From positions 11,978-75,977 of the forward strand of contig JAJCXW010000200.1 of the NCBI GenBank assembly GCA_029263235.1: a DNA stretch of 64,000 nt, in the 5' to 3' direction. Shown here piece after piece: positions 43,435 through 52,320 of this stretch; within the stretch, counting starts at the first letter, position 1; each line of letters starts with the position of its first letter. Under the pieces are notes generated by a model. That model did no database searches, had not been told where the DNA came from, and saw only the letters and a program-made list of their open reading frames with translations. The translations under genes were made by a program, and so were the position numbers. Source of the stretch: Acidimicrobiales bacterium. Its GTDB lineage: Bacteria; Actinomycetota; Acidimicrobiia; Acidimicrobiales; Aldehydirespiratoraceae.

Positions 43435-44598
43435 TCAGCCCCCGCCGAAACGAGTCAGACGCTCCACGGCCTGGGGGATCAGCCGGAGCGCCGAATCCAC
43501 ATCGGCACGTGTGCTCGACGGCCCCAACGACAATCTCAGCGATCCGATCGCCAGATCGCGTGGAATACCCATCGACGCCAACACGTGGGACGGCTCTTGT
43601 GCCCCCGCCGAGCACGACGACGCTGCCGAGGCACGAAGACCGTGCGAATCGAGCAGGAACAGAAGGGCTTCGGCCTCGACCTGACGCAGACAGACATGCG
43701 CGAATCCGGCGGCAATGTGCGACATGTCGCCCTCGGGCGCGGCGCTGACCACCACCTGATCGCCGAGTCCGGCCACGAGTCCGTCCAGGAGACGATCACG
43801 AAGCTTCCGGACACGTGCCACATCGTCGTGGCGGACTCGGACCGTTGCATCGACCGCCGCCGCCAGAGCGACCGCCCCAGCCACATCGGGAGTCCCGGCC
43901 CGGCGACCCTGCTCCTGTCCCCCACCGAGAATCAGGGGATCGAGCTCCAGCCCACCGCGCACGATCAATGCGCCCGTGCCGACCGGGCCGCCGATCTTGT
44001 GTCCGGTGATCGAGATGAGATCGAACTCCTGGGTGGCGTCGGCGACATCGAGCCACTGCACGGCCTGAACCGCGTCGGTGTGCAACAGGGCACCTGGAGA
44101 TCGTTCCCGCACGGTTTCGGCGATCTCACCCAGCGGCGCCACAACGCCGATCTCGTTGTTGACCGCCATCACCGAGACGAGCGATACATCGGCGGCGGAG
44201 CCGAGAATCTCCGCCAGGTGACCCACATCGGGAACCCCATCGGGTCTGAGACGAAAGGTGAGTCCCCCGGCGTGCTCCACCGGCTCGAGCACAGCATGAT
44301 GCTCTCCGGCGCTGCAGACAACGGTGCCCCCACGTGAAGCCAACACTCCTCTGACCGCGAGATTATCGGCCTCGGATCCTCCGCTGGTGAACACCACCTC
44401 CGAAGCCTCACAGCCAATGGCTGCGGCTACGACGTCGCGTGCGTCGTCGAGAGCTCTCCGGGCGTCTCGAGAAGCCTTGTGGGCACCGGTGGGGTTGGCT
44501 TGGTGCAGGTTCGAGGCGGCGATCCATGCGTCGCGGGCCTCGTCGCGCAACGGCGAACTGGCTGCATGATCAAGGTAGATCTCATCGCCGTCCATCAC
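43435..44598 (-). CDS. Class V PLP-dependent cysteine desulfurase (IscS/NifS-like)
   Basis: PLP-Lys context ITGHKIGGPVGTGAL and a Cys loop SSCSAGAQEPSHVL. Immediately upstream of mnmA. Confidence 0.88.
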   Translation of the reverse strand: MMDGDEIYLDHAASSPLRDEARDAWIAASNLHQANPTGAHKASRDARRALDDARDVVAAAIGCEASEVVFTSGGSEADNLAVRGVLASRGGTVVCSAGEHHAVLEPVEHAGGLTFRLRPDGVPDVGHLAEILGSAADVSLVSVMAVNNEIGVVAPLGEIAETVRERSPGALLHTDAVQAVQWLDVADATQEFDLISITGHKIGGPVGTGALIVRGGLELDPLILGGGQEQGRRAGTPDVAGAVALAAAVDATVRVRHDDVARVRKLRDRLLDGLVAGLGDQVVVSAAPEGDMSHIAAGFAHVCLRQVEAEALLFLLDSHGLRASAASSCSAGAQEPSHVLASMGIPRDLAIGSLRLSLGPSSTRADVDSALRLIPQAVERLTRFGGG

Positions 44599-44631
44599 AG
44601 CAGCCTATGGACTCGAGCAACCGGCCCGGAC

Positions 44632-45411
44632 TCAGGTTCCGGGAGGCGGCGGCAACGACGATTGCGGCGGAGTCTCCGATTCCTGCTGTACGCGAGATGC
44701 CACACATGCCAGCCAGGTTTCGGGATGCAGCCCCTCGGGAGCTGGAGCATCGATGCTGGTGGACACCCGATCGGCGAGCTGAGTGGCCAACATGACCCGC
44801 GAATCATCGGAAAGTTCGGGTACTCGGATGATGAACGATCGGATCAGGGCGGTCTGGGAGATGTCGAGCGACGAGATGTCGAGCGAATCGACGATCGGAT
44901 GCATTCCCCACGGAGTGGGGATGTCGACCTCACGCTCGGCGATCGTCGAACGGCTCTGACGTTCCCGCACGACATAGGTGCCGGCTGCCATGTCGCCGAG
45001 TCGTTGCCCCTCGGCGTTGGTCAGCGCCGATACCACGGCGGCCCCGCCGAACGTGATCAGAATATCGATGATCTGCATCATGCTCCGGATGGCCGAATGG
45101 CGCAGCCTTACAGGTCCACCCTCGACGGTGATCACTCTCAGCCCCACTGCATATTTGCCGACGGTTCTCCCCCGCCAAATCGTCTCGAGAGCCATCGGGT
45201 AGAGAAACACCAGAGCGAAGACGAGGATCAACACGATGACCAAGGCGAACGTGGTGGATGCCACAGCAAGAGCGACGGCAAGGTTGGAGAACACTCCGAG
45301 CGCCACGACCAAAATGAAGGTGTCGATCATCCGCGCCAGCATCCGAGACGCGATACCAGCTCTCTCGAAGTCGAGTATCACCCCTTCGGGTGTGACTATC
45401 CCTCTCTCCAC
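44632..45411 (-). CDS. RDD-family membrane protein
   Basis: RMLARMIDTFILVVALGVF... then the RDD-type TM pair, and a soluble C-terminal half. GTG at 45411 chosen to avoid overlap with the divergent gene. Confidence 0.65.
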   Translation of the reverse strand: MERGIVTPEGVILDFERAGIASRMLARMIDTFILVVALGVFSNLAVALAVASTTFALVIVLILVFALVFLYPMALETIWRGRTVGKYAVGLRVITVEGGPVRLRHSAIRSMMQIIDILITFGGAAVVSALTNAEGQRLGDMAAGTYVVRERQSRSTIAEREVDIPTPWGMHPIVDSLDISSLDISQTALIRSFIIRVPELSDDSRVMLATQLADRVSTSIDAPAPEGLHPETWLACVASRVQQESETPPQSSLPPPPGT

Positions 45412-45432
45412 ACGATCTAACCTAGGCCCACA

Positions 45433-46467
45433 GTGGACGTCGATCAGTTCATCCGTCGAAACGAACCGGCATGGCAACGTCTGAGTGAGGTCACTCGATT
45501 GGTTCGTTCGCGTCGCTCCTCCAAGCGGCTCAACGGCGCCGAACTCGACGAGACCATCGAGCTCTACCAGCGGGTTTCGGCCCATCTCAGCTACTCACGC
45601 ACCTGGTACGGCGATGCTCCGATCACGTCGAGGCTGACCAGCCTCGTGGGCGATGCCAGAGCCGCCATCTACGGCCCCGGCGATCGCGGCGGAAACGCTC
45701 TGCTCAGATTCTTCTCACGCGAGTTCCCGGCGGCCGTGTGGCGGGGCCGGAAGTTTGTGCTGATAGCGGCCATGCTCCTACTGATCCCCGCTATCTACGT
45801 GGGGACCTGGATGACATTCTCCGACTCGGCCCTCGATGCGGCCGCCCCTTCGGCTCTACGCGAGTCCTATGTGCAGCAAGACTTCGCCGACTACTACTCC
45901 TCTCAACCCGCCGCCGAGTTCTCCACTCAGGTTCTCGTCAACAACATCCAGGTCTCATTCCTTGCCTACGCCATGGGGATCTTCGCCGGGGTGGGAACGA
46001 TCATCGTGCTGGTGGTCAACGGACTCGGGATCGGCCAGGCCGGAGGTCTGTTCCACGCAGCCGGGGAAGCACCACGATTCTGGGGATTGATACTCCCCCA
46101 TGGGTTGATCGAGATCACCGCGGTCTGCGTGGCCGGAGGAGCCGGACTCCAACTTGGGTGGGCGCTCATCAGCCCGGGTGATCACAGCCGGTCGGAGGCC
46201 GTGGCCCACGAGGGTCGCCATTCAGTGCCAGTGGTGGTCGGGCTCATCCTGGTGTTCATCATCGCCGGGCTGATCGAAGGCTTCGTGACCCCGAGCCCCC
46301 TCCCCACCTGGACCCGAGTCGGAATCGGAGTGGTGGTGGAGTCGACATTCATCCTCTATGTCGTGGGCTATGGCCGTCGAGCCGAAGCGGAGCTCGATCG
46401 GGCTGAACGCTCAGAGACGGCCGGTCGCCTTCACGTTGAGGTAGATGTCGGCCAGTCGGCCGGGTAG
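45433..46467 (+). CDS. SpoIIM-like (stage II sporulation protein M family) polytopic membrane protein
   Basis: MDVDQFIRRNEPAWQRLSEV helical head, then ~6 TM with GLILPHGLIEITAVCVAGGAG, typical of the family. Confidence 0.7.
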   Translation: MDVDQFIRRNEPAWQRLSEVTRLVRSRRSSKRLNGAELDETIELYQRVSAHLSYSRTWYGDAPITSRLTSLVGDARAAIYGPGDRGGNALLRFFSREFPAAVWRGRKFVLIAAMLLLIPAIYVGTWMTFSDSALDAAAPSALRESYVQQDFADYYSSQPAAEFSTQVLVNNIQVSFLAYAMGIFAGVGTIIVLVVNGLGIGQAGGLFHAAGEAPRFWGLILPHGLIEITAVCVAGGAGLQLGWALISPGDHSRSEAVAHEGRHSVPVVVGLILVFIIAGLIEGFVTPSPLPTWTRVGIGVVVESTFILYVVGYGRRAEAELDRAERSETAGRLHVEVDVGQSAG

Positions 46468-47730
46468 CTCTCCGGCCGGAGCGTCGACAACCAGAGCACC
46501 GAGGGATCGCAGCCCAGTAGCCGCCCGCTCACGATCCTTCAGAGCAGCTGCTGCCGCCGCCCGGCGTCGAGCCTGATCGCCGTCGGTCACCTCGCCCCGC
46601 GCCCAACCCACCACAGCGGGGTCGCTGGAGGCGGCCACCACGACCAGATGGGTCTTCGTCACGAGAGGCAGCGCCGGCAACAGGGTCTCGGTGACGACCT
46701 GAGCCACAAGGTCGGTGTGGATCACCAGCATGGTGCGCCTACGAAACCGGGCGAGAGTCGAGGCGAACGCGCTCTTGTAGTCGGACTCCACCAACGCTGG
46801 TTCGATGTCGAACATGGCGGACGTGACCGCCCCCAGCTGCGATCGTCGATTCGACGCCGCCAGCACCGTGTGCACGCTTCGGTCGAAGACCACGAGGCCA
46901 CACCGGTCGCCGATACCAGTGGCCACTGCCGTGAGGGTCATCGCCGCGTCCATGGCGTGTTCCAGACGGGGGACCTTCTCGACTCTTCCGGCCATCACCC
47001 GACCGGAATCGAGGAGATTGACCACCGTCTGGTTTCGCTCGGCACGAAAGGTGCGAACGATCGGATGACCAGCACGCGCCGTTGCCGCCCAGTCGACCCT
47101 CCTCGACTCGTCGTCGACCGTGTATTCACGAAGCTGATCAAACTCTGTGCCTGATCCGCGCAGCTTCGACGACCGAACACCGACGTGCAGAAGGCGAGCC
47201 CGATTGATCCGGATCTCGGCTTCCTTCCACGATCGGAAGTAGGGGTGAACCCGAATCTCCGCGGGTACCTGACGAATGCCTTGCCGGGCCATCAACCCGA
47301 GTCGTCCCTCGGCTCGAATCACCACCTCCGACACCTCAAACCTTCCGCGGCGGGCCGGCCGTACGGAGTTCCTCAACTCCGCTGTGGTGCGAGGTGGAAT
47401 CTCGAGGACAGACCTTCGGATTGTCGGCTGGAGTGAGGGCGCCAACTCATCGGCGACTCCGACCCGGAGGGTGCGATCGAGGGGATTCGACACGAACCAC
47501 GTGGCCTCGGACTCTCCCCCCATCGTGGCTATCATTGGAAGGTCGCGGCGAAACCCGACGGAATCAGGGGCCGGGGCGCTGACGAAGTCCTGCAGCGCCA
47601 GACCAAGCGACAGCAACAGCCAGCCCACCAGGGTCACCGGAGCAAGGTCGGGGGCCGCCACGGCCACCGCAATCTGCGCCACAGCGCCAACCGCTACGAG
47701 GACGGCCAGCCGACGGGTGGGCACGGGCAC
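46411..47730 (-). CDS. DUF58-family (VWA-like) protein, MoxR partner
   Basis: N-terminal TM pair and the DUF58 core GSGTEFDQLREYTVDDESRRVDWAATAR. Its 3' end overlaps the convergent SpoIIM-like gene by 57 nt. Confidence 0.85.
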   Translation of the reverse strand: MPVPTRRLAVLVAVGAVAQIAVAVAAPDLAPVTLVGWLLLSLGLALQDFVSAPAPDSVGFRRDLPMIATMGGESEATWFVSNPLDRTLRVGVADELAPSLQPTIRRSVLEIPPRTTAELRNSVRPARRGRFEVSEVVIRAEGRLGLMARQGIRQVPAEIRVHPYFRSWKEAEIRINRARLLHVGVRSSKLRGSGTEFDQLREYTVDDESRRVDWAATARAGHPIVRTFRAERNQTVVNLLDSGRVMAGRVEKVPRLEHAMDAAMTLTAVATGIGDRCGLVVFDRSVHTVLAASNRRSQLGAVTSAMFDIEPALVESDYKSAFASTLARFRRRTMLVIHTDLVAQVVTETLLPALPLVTKTHLVVVAASSDPAVVGWARGEVTDGDQARRRAAAAAALKDRERAATGLRSLGALVVDAPAGELPGRLADIYLNVKATGRL

Positions 47731-47742
47731 GATCGAGTCCCG

Positions 47743-48735
47743 TCAGCGGGGAACGGGTGTTGAGGCCAGGACAGAGTCGAGGACGGTCTCCACCGAGACA
47801 CCCTCGAGCTCGAGTTCGGGGCGCAGCAGTAGCCGGTGGCCCAGAGCGGGGCGAGCAATGGTCTTGACCTCGTCGGGAGTCACGAAGTCGCGGCCCGACA
47901 GCCAGGCCCAGGCCTTGGAGGCGTGAAGATGCGCCGCCGCCCCGCGGGGCGAGACTCCGAGCAACACCGCCGGATGTTCACGGGTCGCCCGGGCCAAATC
48001 GATCACGTAGCGCCGCACTGGGTCCTCCACGCGGAGGTCGACGATCGCACGACGGCCTGCCTCGAGATCGGCCACAGTGGCCACCGGGGTCACGCCGGCT
48101 CCAGAAATATCGTGGGGATCGAATCCCTCGTCGTGGCGTCGAACCACCTCTAGTTCCTGTTCGGCCGACGGATAGCCGACATCGAGCTTGAACATGAAAC
48201 GGTCGAGCTGAGCTTCGGGCAGCGGGTAGGTGCCTTCGTACTCGATCGGGTTCTGGGTGGCGATCACCACAAACGGCGACGGCAGAGGTCTGGTGACTCC
48301 ATCACCGGAGACCTGCCGTTCCTCCATCGCTTCGAGCAGGGCAGCCTGGGTCTTGGGTGGGGTGCGATTGATCTCGTCGGCGATCAACAGGTTGGTGAAG
48401 ACCGGGCCCTGACGGAACCTGAAGTCGCCTGTCCGGTCTAGGACGAGTTGGCCGAGCACATCGGAGGGCATCAGGTCGGGGGTGAACTGCACTCTCTTCA
48501 CATCCAGATCGAGAGCAGCTCCGAGTGTTTTCACCACAAGCGTTTTGGCGACCCCCGGCACCCCTTCCAGAAGTACGTGGCCCTTGACGAGAATCGCGGC
48601 GATCAGCCCGGAGACGATGCCGTCCTGGCCGACCACGACCTTGGAGACCTCGCGACGGACCGCTCGCACCGCGTCCAGAGATGAGTTGGCCGATGCGTCG
48701 GGCTCACCACCGATCGGATCGTCGGAATCAGTCAT
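47743..48735 (-). CDS. MoxR-family AAA+ ATPase
   Basis: Walker A GVPGVAKT, Walker B LLIADEINR, ATQNPIEYEGTYPLPEAQLDRF. ATG at 48735 overlaps the upstream stop by 8 nt. Confidence 0.92.
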   Translation of the reverse strand: MTDSDDPIGGEPDASANSSLDAVRAVRREVSKVVVGQDGIVSGLIAAILVKGHVLLEGVPGVAKTLVVKTLGAALDLDVKRVQFTPDLMPSDVLGQLVLDRTGDFRFRQGPVFTNLLIADEINRTPPKTQAALLEAMEERQVSGDGVTRPLPSPFVVIATQNPIEYEGTYPLPEAQLDRFMFKLDVGYPSAEQELEVVRRHDEGFDPHDISGAGVTPVATVADLEAGRRAIVDLRVEDPVRRYVIDLARATREHPAVLLGVSPRGAAAHLHASKAWAWLSGRDFVTPDEVKTIARPALGHRLLLRPELELEGVSVETVLDSVLASTPVPR

Positions 48736-49879
48736 CCTGAACCTCCTGGCACATTTGATCGAGTAGCCGAGCGAACTCGACGAGCTCACGGTCGTCGCGA
48801 ACATCGGTGGTCTTCAACACACGTATGATGGCATCAGCTTCCAGTTGGGACCGCGACTCCGCGATCTCGGCCAGCCGTTGGTCGGACACGTTCGGCGGCA
48901 GCCCGAGGGTTCGACTCAGATCTGTCCGGAATCCGGCCACCAGATGATCGACCGTCGCTGGCTGACCGAGCCGTCCGAGAAGACGGCCCCGAGCCAACAC
49001 CAGTTCGCTGCCGGCGATCTTCACCGGTTGGTCATCAGCAATCGGCCGGCCCAACCGTCTCGACTTGGCCAGCACGTACACGAGCCACGCCAGCGCCAGA
49101 TCGAGGGCCACCCAGCGCAAGTACTCGGGCATGAGATCGAACAGGCTTCGCGAGCCGTCACCGACTCGTCGGGCCCGACGCGGCGATCCATCTGGGGCCG
49201 GAGTGGCTGTGAACTCCGGTGCCCTCAGCGAACGACGGAGAACCGCCACAGCGGTATCGGAGGTCGGCGCCATGAGAGCGACCGCCAACACAGAGTTGTC
49301 GGCTTCGTCGAGGAGGTCGTTGTCGAACCCGCCACCCCCTCCGATCGATATCACCACACCATCGCCCCTACGACGGAGGTCGACGAAGGATGCGGACCGG
49401 TCGCCGAAACAGTGCCCGTCGGAGCCGGTGCTGTCGTAGAGAATCGCGCCCCGCACTCTCACGGTTTCGACTCCGCTGAGATCGCCAAGGTCGCCGAGGT
49501 CGCAGGATCCTCGGCCCAGCTCCGGCAGATCACCGTCCTCCGACGACTCGACGCCGGCGATCTCGGGCACGAACGGGGATCCCGGGTCGGTCACCACCAG
49601 CACGCCGCCGGCGAACACCCACGAATCGAGAGCCACTGTGGCTGTGAGATCGAGCCGGTCGACGAGGAGGACGGCCACCTCGACCTCCGGGCCGGGGACC
49701 TCTCCGAGGACCCGGGTCGGGATCGCGTACTCCTCGAGCAGCAGCACCAGGGCCTTGGCTCCGTCGGGATTGGTGCTGTCCGGGTCGAGCACCTCGGAGG
49801 AACGGGCACCGATGATCACGATCAGCAGCATTCCGACGGCGAGTACACCACCAATGACGAATCGGCCTCGCCGGGTCAT
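48728..49879 (-). CDS. DUF4350-like bitopic membrane protein
   Basis: N-terminal TM (FVIGGVLAVGMLLIVIIGA), ~230-aa exported domain, second TM (WVALDLALAWLVYVLA), cytoplasmic tail. Position between DUF4129 and MoxR is typical for this family. Confidence 0.65.
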   Translation of the reverse strand: MTRRGRFVIGGVLAVGMLLIVIIGARSSEVLDPDSTNPDGAKALVLLLEEYAIPTRVLGEVPGPEVEVAVLLVDRLDLTATVALDSWVFAGGVLVVTDPGSPFVPEIAGVESSEDGDLPELGRGSCDLGDLGDLSGVETVRVRGAILYDSTGSDGHCFGDRSASFVDLRRRGDGVVISIGGGGGFDNDLLDEADNSVLAVALMAPTSDTAVAVLRRSLRAPEFTATPAPDGSPRRARRVGDGSRSLFDLMPEYLRWVALDLALAWLVYVLAKSRRLGRPIADDQPVKIAGSELVLARGRLLGRLGQPATVDHLVAGFRTDLSRTLGLPPNVSDQRLAEIAESRSQLEADAIIRVLKTTDVRDDRELVEFARLLDQMCQEVQDD

Positions 49880-50562
49880 CGGGGCGTCGTCCCGACCAAG
49901 AGATCGGACTGGGCCAACAGCAGAGCAACCACTCGCCTGGCCTCCTCGAGCTCGGCCGCTCCGACCGGCTCGTCGCCGTAGTAGGCCTTCTCGAACGACA
50001 TCGTCACCTGATCGAAATCGACCGCTGAATCCGGCCGAACCTGTCCGAATTCCACTCGGTATTCGCCGGTGGTGCGCCCCGGCACGTCGAGCAGCACACC
50101 CTGTTGGATGAGGCTCGCCACCAAGTGCCGGTATCGCGCCATGAGGGCCTGCTTGAAGCGTCGGTCACGTTCGGCATTCTCGGCCGCCTCGATCAGGTCG
50201 GCGGGGTTGGAGACCTCGCCGAAGAGGACGACGATTCCATCGCCCACCTCGGGAGCCTTTCTCGCCCGGGCGGCTCTCCAGATTGCTCTGATGGCCAAGA
50301 ACAGCAGCAGAGCAGCGAACCCGATCAGCAAGACCTGGAAGACCTGACCCACGAACCCGGTGCCTGATCCCGAGCCCCCGAAGATACCGCCGAAGATGCC
50401 GGCCAACGTCGACGAGATCCAGTCGACGACACGTTCGAAGATGCTTCGATGGTCGCCGAATTCGGGCCGTTGGAGGATCTGTCGGGCCGACTCTCGGATT
50501 CGATCCGGGTCGTCGTTGGTGACCGGCAATCCGATCGTCGCCACCGTTGATGTCGCGGTCAT
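49876..50562 (-). CDS. DUF4129-like membrane-anchored protein
   Basis: TM VFQVLLIGFAALLLFLAIRAIW followed by a helical C-terminal domain (ALMARYRHLVASLIQQGVLLDVPGRTTGEY). ATGA overlaps at both ends. Confidence 0.65.
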   Translation of the reverse strand: MTATSTVATIGLPVTNDDPDRIRESARQILQRPEFGDHRSIFERVVDWISSTLAGIFGGIFGGSGSGTGFVGQVFQVLLIGFAALLLFLAIRAIWRAARARKAPEVGDGIVVLFGEVSNPADLIEAAENAERDRRFKQALMARYRHLVASLIQQGVLLDVPGRTTGEYRVEFGQVRPDSAVDFDQVTMSFEKAYYGDEPVGAAELEEARRVVALLLAQSDLLVGTTPR

Positions 50563-51542
50563 CGCGGGAACCGGTCGGCCATTGCCAGCTGAATGTCGAT
50601 TCCCTCTCGACGAATCCTCAGATCGAGATAGAAGGCGACGGTGGCAGCGGCAAGGAAGCTCGTCGACACGACACCACTGATCACTCCCCCGAGCGCCACG
50701 AGCACCCAACCTCCGTTGACTCCGATGACCAGTCCCAGAAGGGTCGGCAGCCCGCCCAACACCGCTCCGAGCACGGTGGCCACCAGGCCCGAGAACACGA
50801 AGAAGACCATCGCCGGCACGTAGCGCCCCCGCACGAGCCGTACCGATCGCTTGATCGCGGTGATTGGTCCGGCCTGCTCGACCGCCACCACGGGAGCGAC
50901 CACCAGCATCAGGACCGCCACGAGAAACGAGCCGATCAGTAGTCCGAACACGGCCAGAATCTCAAGGACGTGGACCAGAAACCACGCGATGAGCACGACA
51001 TGGATACGGCGACCGACCCCGAGAAGCAGTTCGGTCACGTCGGGATCCCGATCGGAGTACCAGGCGGCCACCAAGCCACCGATGGCCACGGCCGACAAGG
51101 CTTGGATCACCGACCCGGAGACGATCCCCACGACCGTCGAGTCGACGCGGCCGCTCAACGGTCCCGACGCGACGGTGGGGTCGCTGAACAGAAACTGACT
51201 GTCGAATCCGACCGAATCGCGTCGAAGGTAGGCCATCACCACCGCGACCGGAACCTGGAGCACCGCCACCAGACCGAGCAGCAGACCCGGGCGGGCCCGA
51301 ATCAACGAGAAGCCCGAGTCCAGGATCTCGAGCACCGACTGCGGGCGCAGCGGCAGCGGCCGGGGCATGGCATCGGGGTCGCCCCCGCCCGGAGACGACG
51401 GTGCAGAGCCGAAGAACGATTGAGGTGCCGGGGCCGACGGCTGCTCGACCCGAGAACCGGGAGCCGCCCATTGATCGTTCAATTCGCCTCCCGCATGCGT
51501 TGCCTGGTCCCGGCCCGACCCGACGCCGGACCGCTCCATCAT
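50559..51542 (-). CDS. Polytopic membrane protein with a Pro-rich N-terminus (GPDPase-membrane-domain-like), first gene of the MoxR operon
   Basis: About 6 TM helices after a ~70-aa P/S/G-rich head. Start ATG at 51542 or 51539. Confidence 0.6.
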   Translation of the reverse strand: MMERSGVGSGRDQATHAGGELNDQWAAPGSRVEQPSAPAPQSFFGSAPSSPGGGDPDAMPRPLPLRPQSVLEILDSGFSLIRARPGLLLGLVAVLQVPVAVVMAYLRRDSVGFDSQFLFSDPTVASGPLSGRVDSTVVGIVSGSVIQALSAVAIGGLVAAWYSDRDPDVTELLLGVGRRIHVVLIAWFLVHVLEILAVFGLLIGSFLVAVLMLVVAPVVAVEQAGPITAIKRSVRLVRGRYVPAMVFFVFSGLVATVLGAVLGGLPTLLGLVIGVNGGWVLVALGGVISGVVSTSFLAAATVAFYLDLRIRREGIDIQLAMADRFPR

Positions 51543-51564
51543 GCAACACGGCACACTGGGGGTG

Positions 51565-52320
51565 ATGCAGGGCTACCGATCCGACACCTACGGCGAGAGC
51601 TTCGCCGATGTCTACGACGACTGGTACGGCGAGGTGAGCGACGCGCCGGCAACTGTCGCCAAGATCCTCTCGATGGCTTCGGGAGGGGCCATGCTCGAAC
51701 TCGGAGTGGGTACGGGCCGCCTCGCCATCCCCTTGGCCGAGGCCGGCGCGGAGGTGGTGGGAGTCGACGCGTCGATACCGATGATCGAGAGGCTGGAGGC
51801 GAAGCCCGGCGGACGGCTCGTGAAGACGATCGTCGCCGACATGGCCGAGTTGCCGTTGAGATCAGACCAGTTCTCCGTGGCGTTCGCGGCGTTCAACACG
51901 TTCTTCAATCTCCCCACCGAGGCCGAGCAGTTGCGGTGTCTGGAGCGTCTCGCCGACACGATCCAGCCGGGGGGCGCCCTGGTCATCGAGGGCTTCGTTC
52001 CCCCTGAGGAGGGGCTCGCCGACAGTGGCGTGTCGGTTAGGGACGTGACCCTGGATGCGGCGGTTCTGTCGGTGTCGCGCCACGACCCCATCGATCAGAC
52101 GATCATGGGTCAACACATCGAGATCAACAGCTCCGGAGTTCGGATGCGTCCGTGGATGATCCACTACCTGACACCGAGGCAGCTCGATTCACTCGCGGTA
52201 AGTGCCGGGTTCGTGCTTGAAGACCGCTGGGGCGGCTGGGTCGACGAGCCTTTCGAACCGACGGGCGAGAGGCACGTGAGTGTCTACCGCCGGGTTCAGA
52301 AAATCGGATCGGCCCACTGA
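51565..52320 (+). CDS. Class I SAM-dependent methyltransferase
   Basis: Motif I MLELGVGTGRLAIPLA...VVGVDAS. Start is ATG 51565 (or 51541). Confidence 0.8.
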   Translation: MQGYRSDTYGESFADVYDDWYGEVSDAPATVAKILSMASGGAMLELGVGTGRLAIPLAEAGAEVVGVDASIPMIERLEAKPGGRLVKTIVADMAELPLRSDQFSVAFAAFNTFFNLPTEAEQLRCLERLADTIQPGGALVIEGFVPPEEGLADSGVSVRDVTLDAAVLSVSRHDPIDQTIMGQHIEINSSGVRMRPWMIHYLTPRQLDSLAVSAGFVLEDRWGGWVDEPFEPTGERHVSVYRRVQKIGSAH

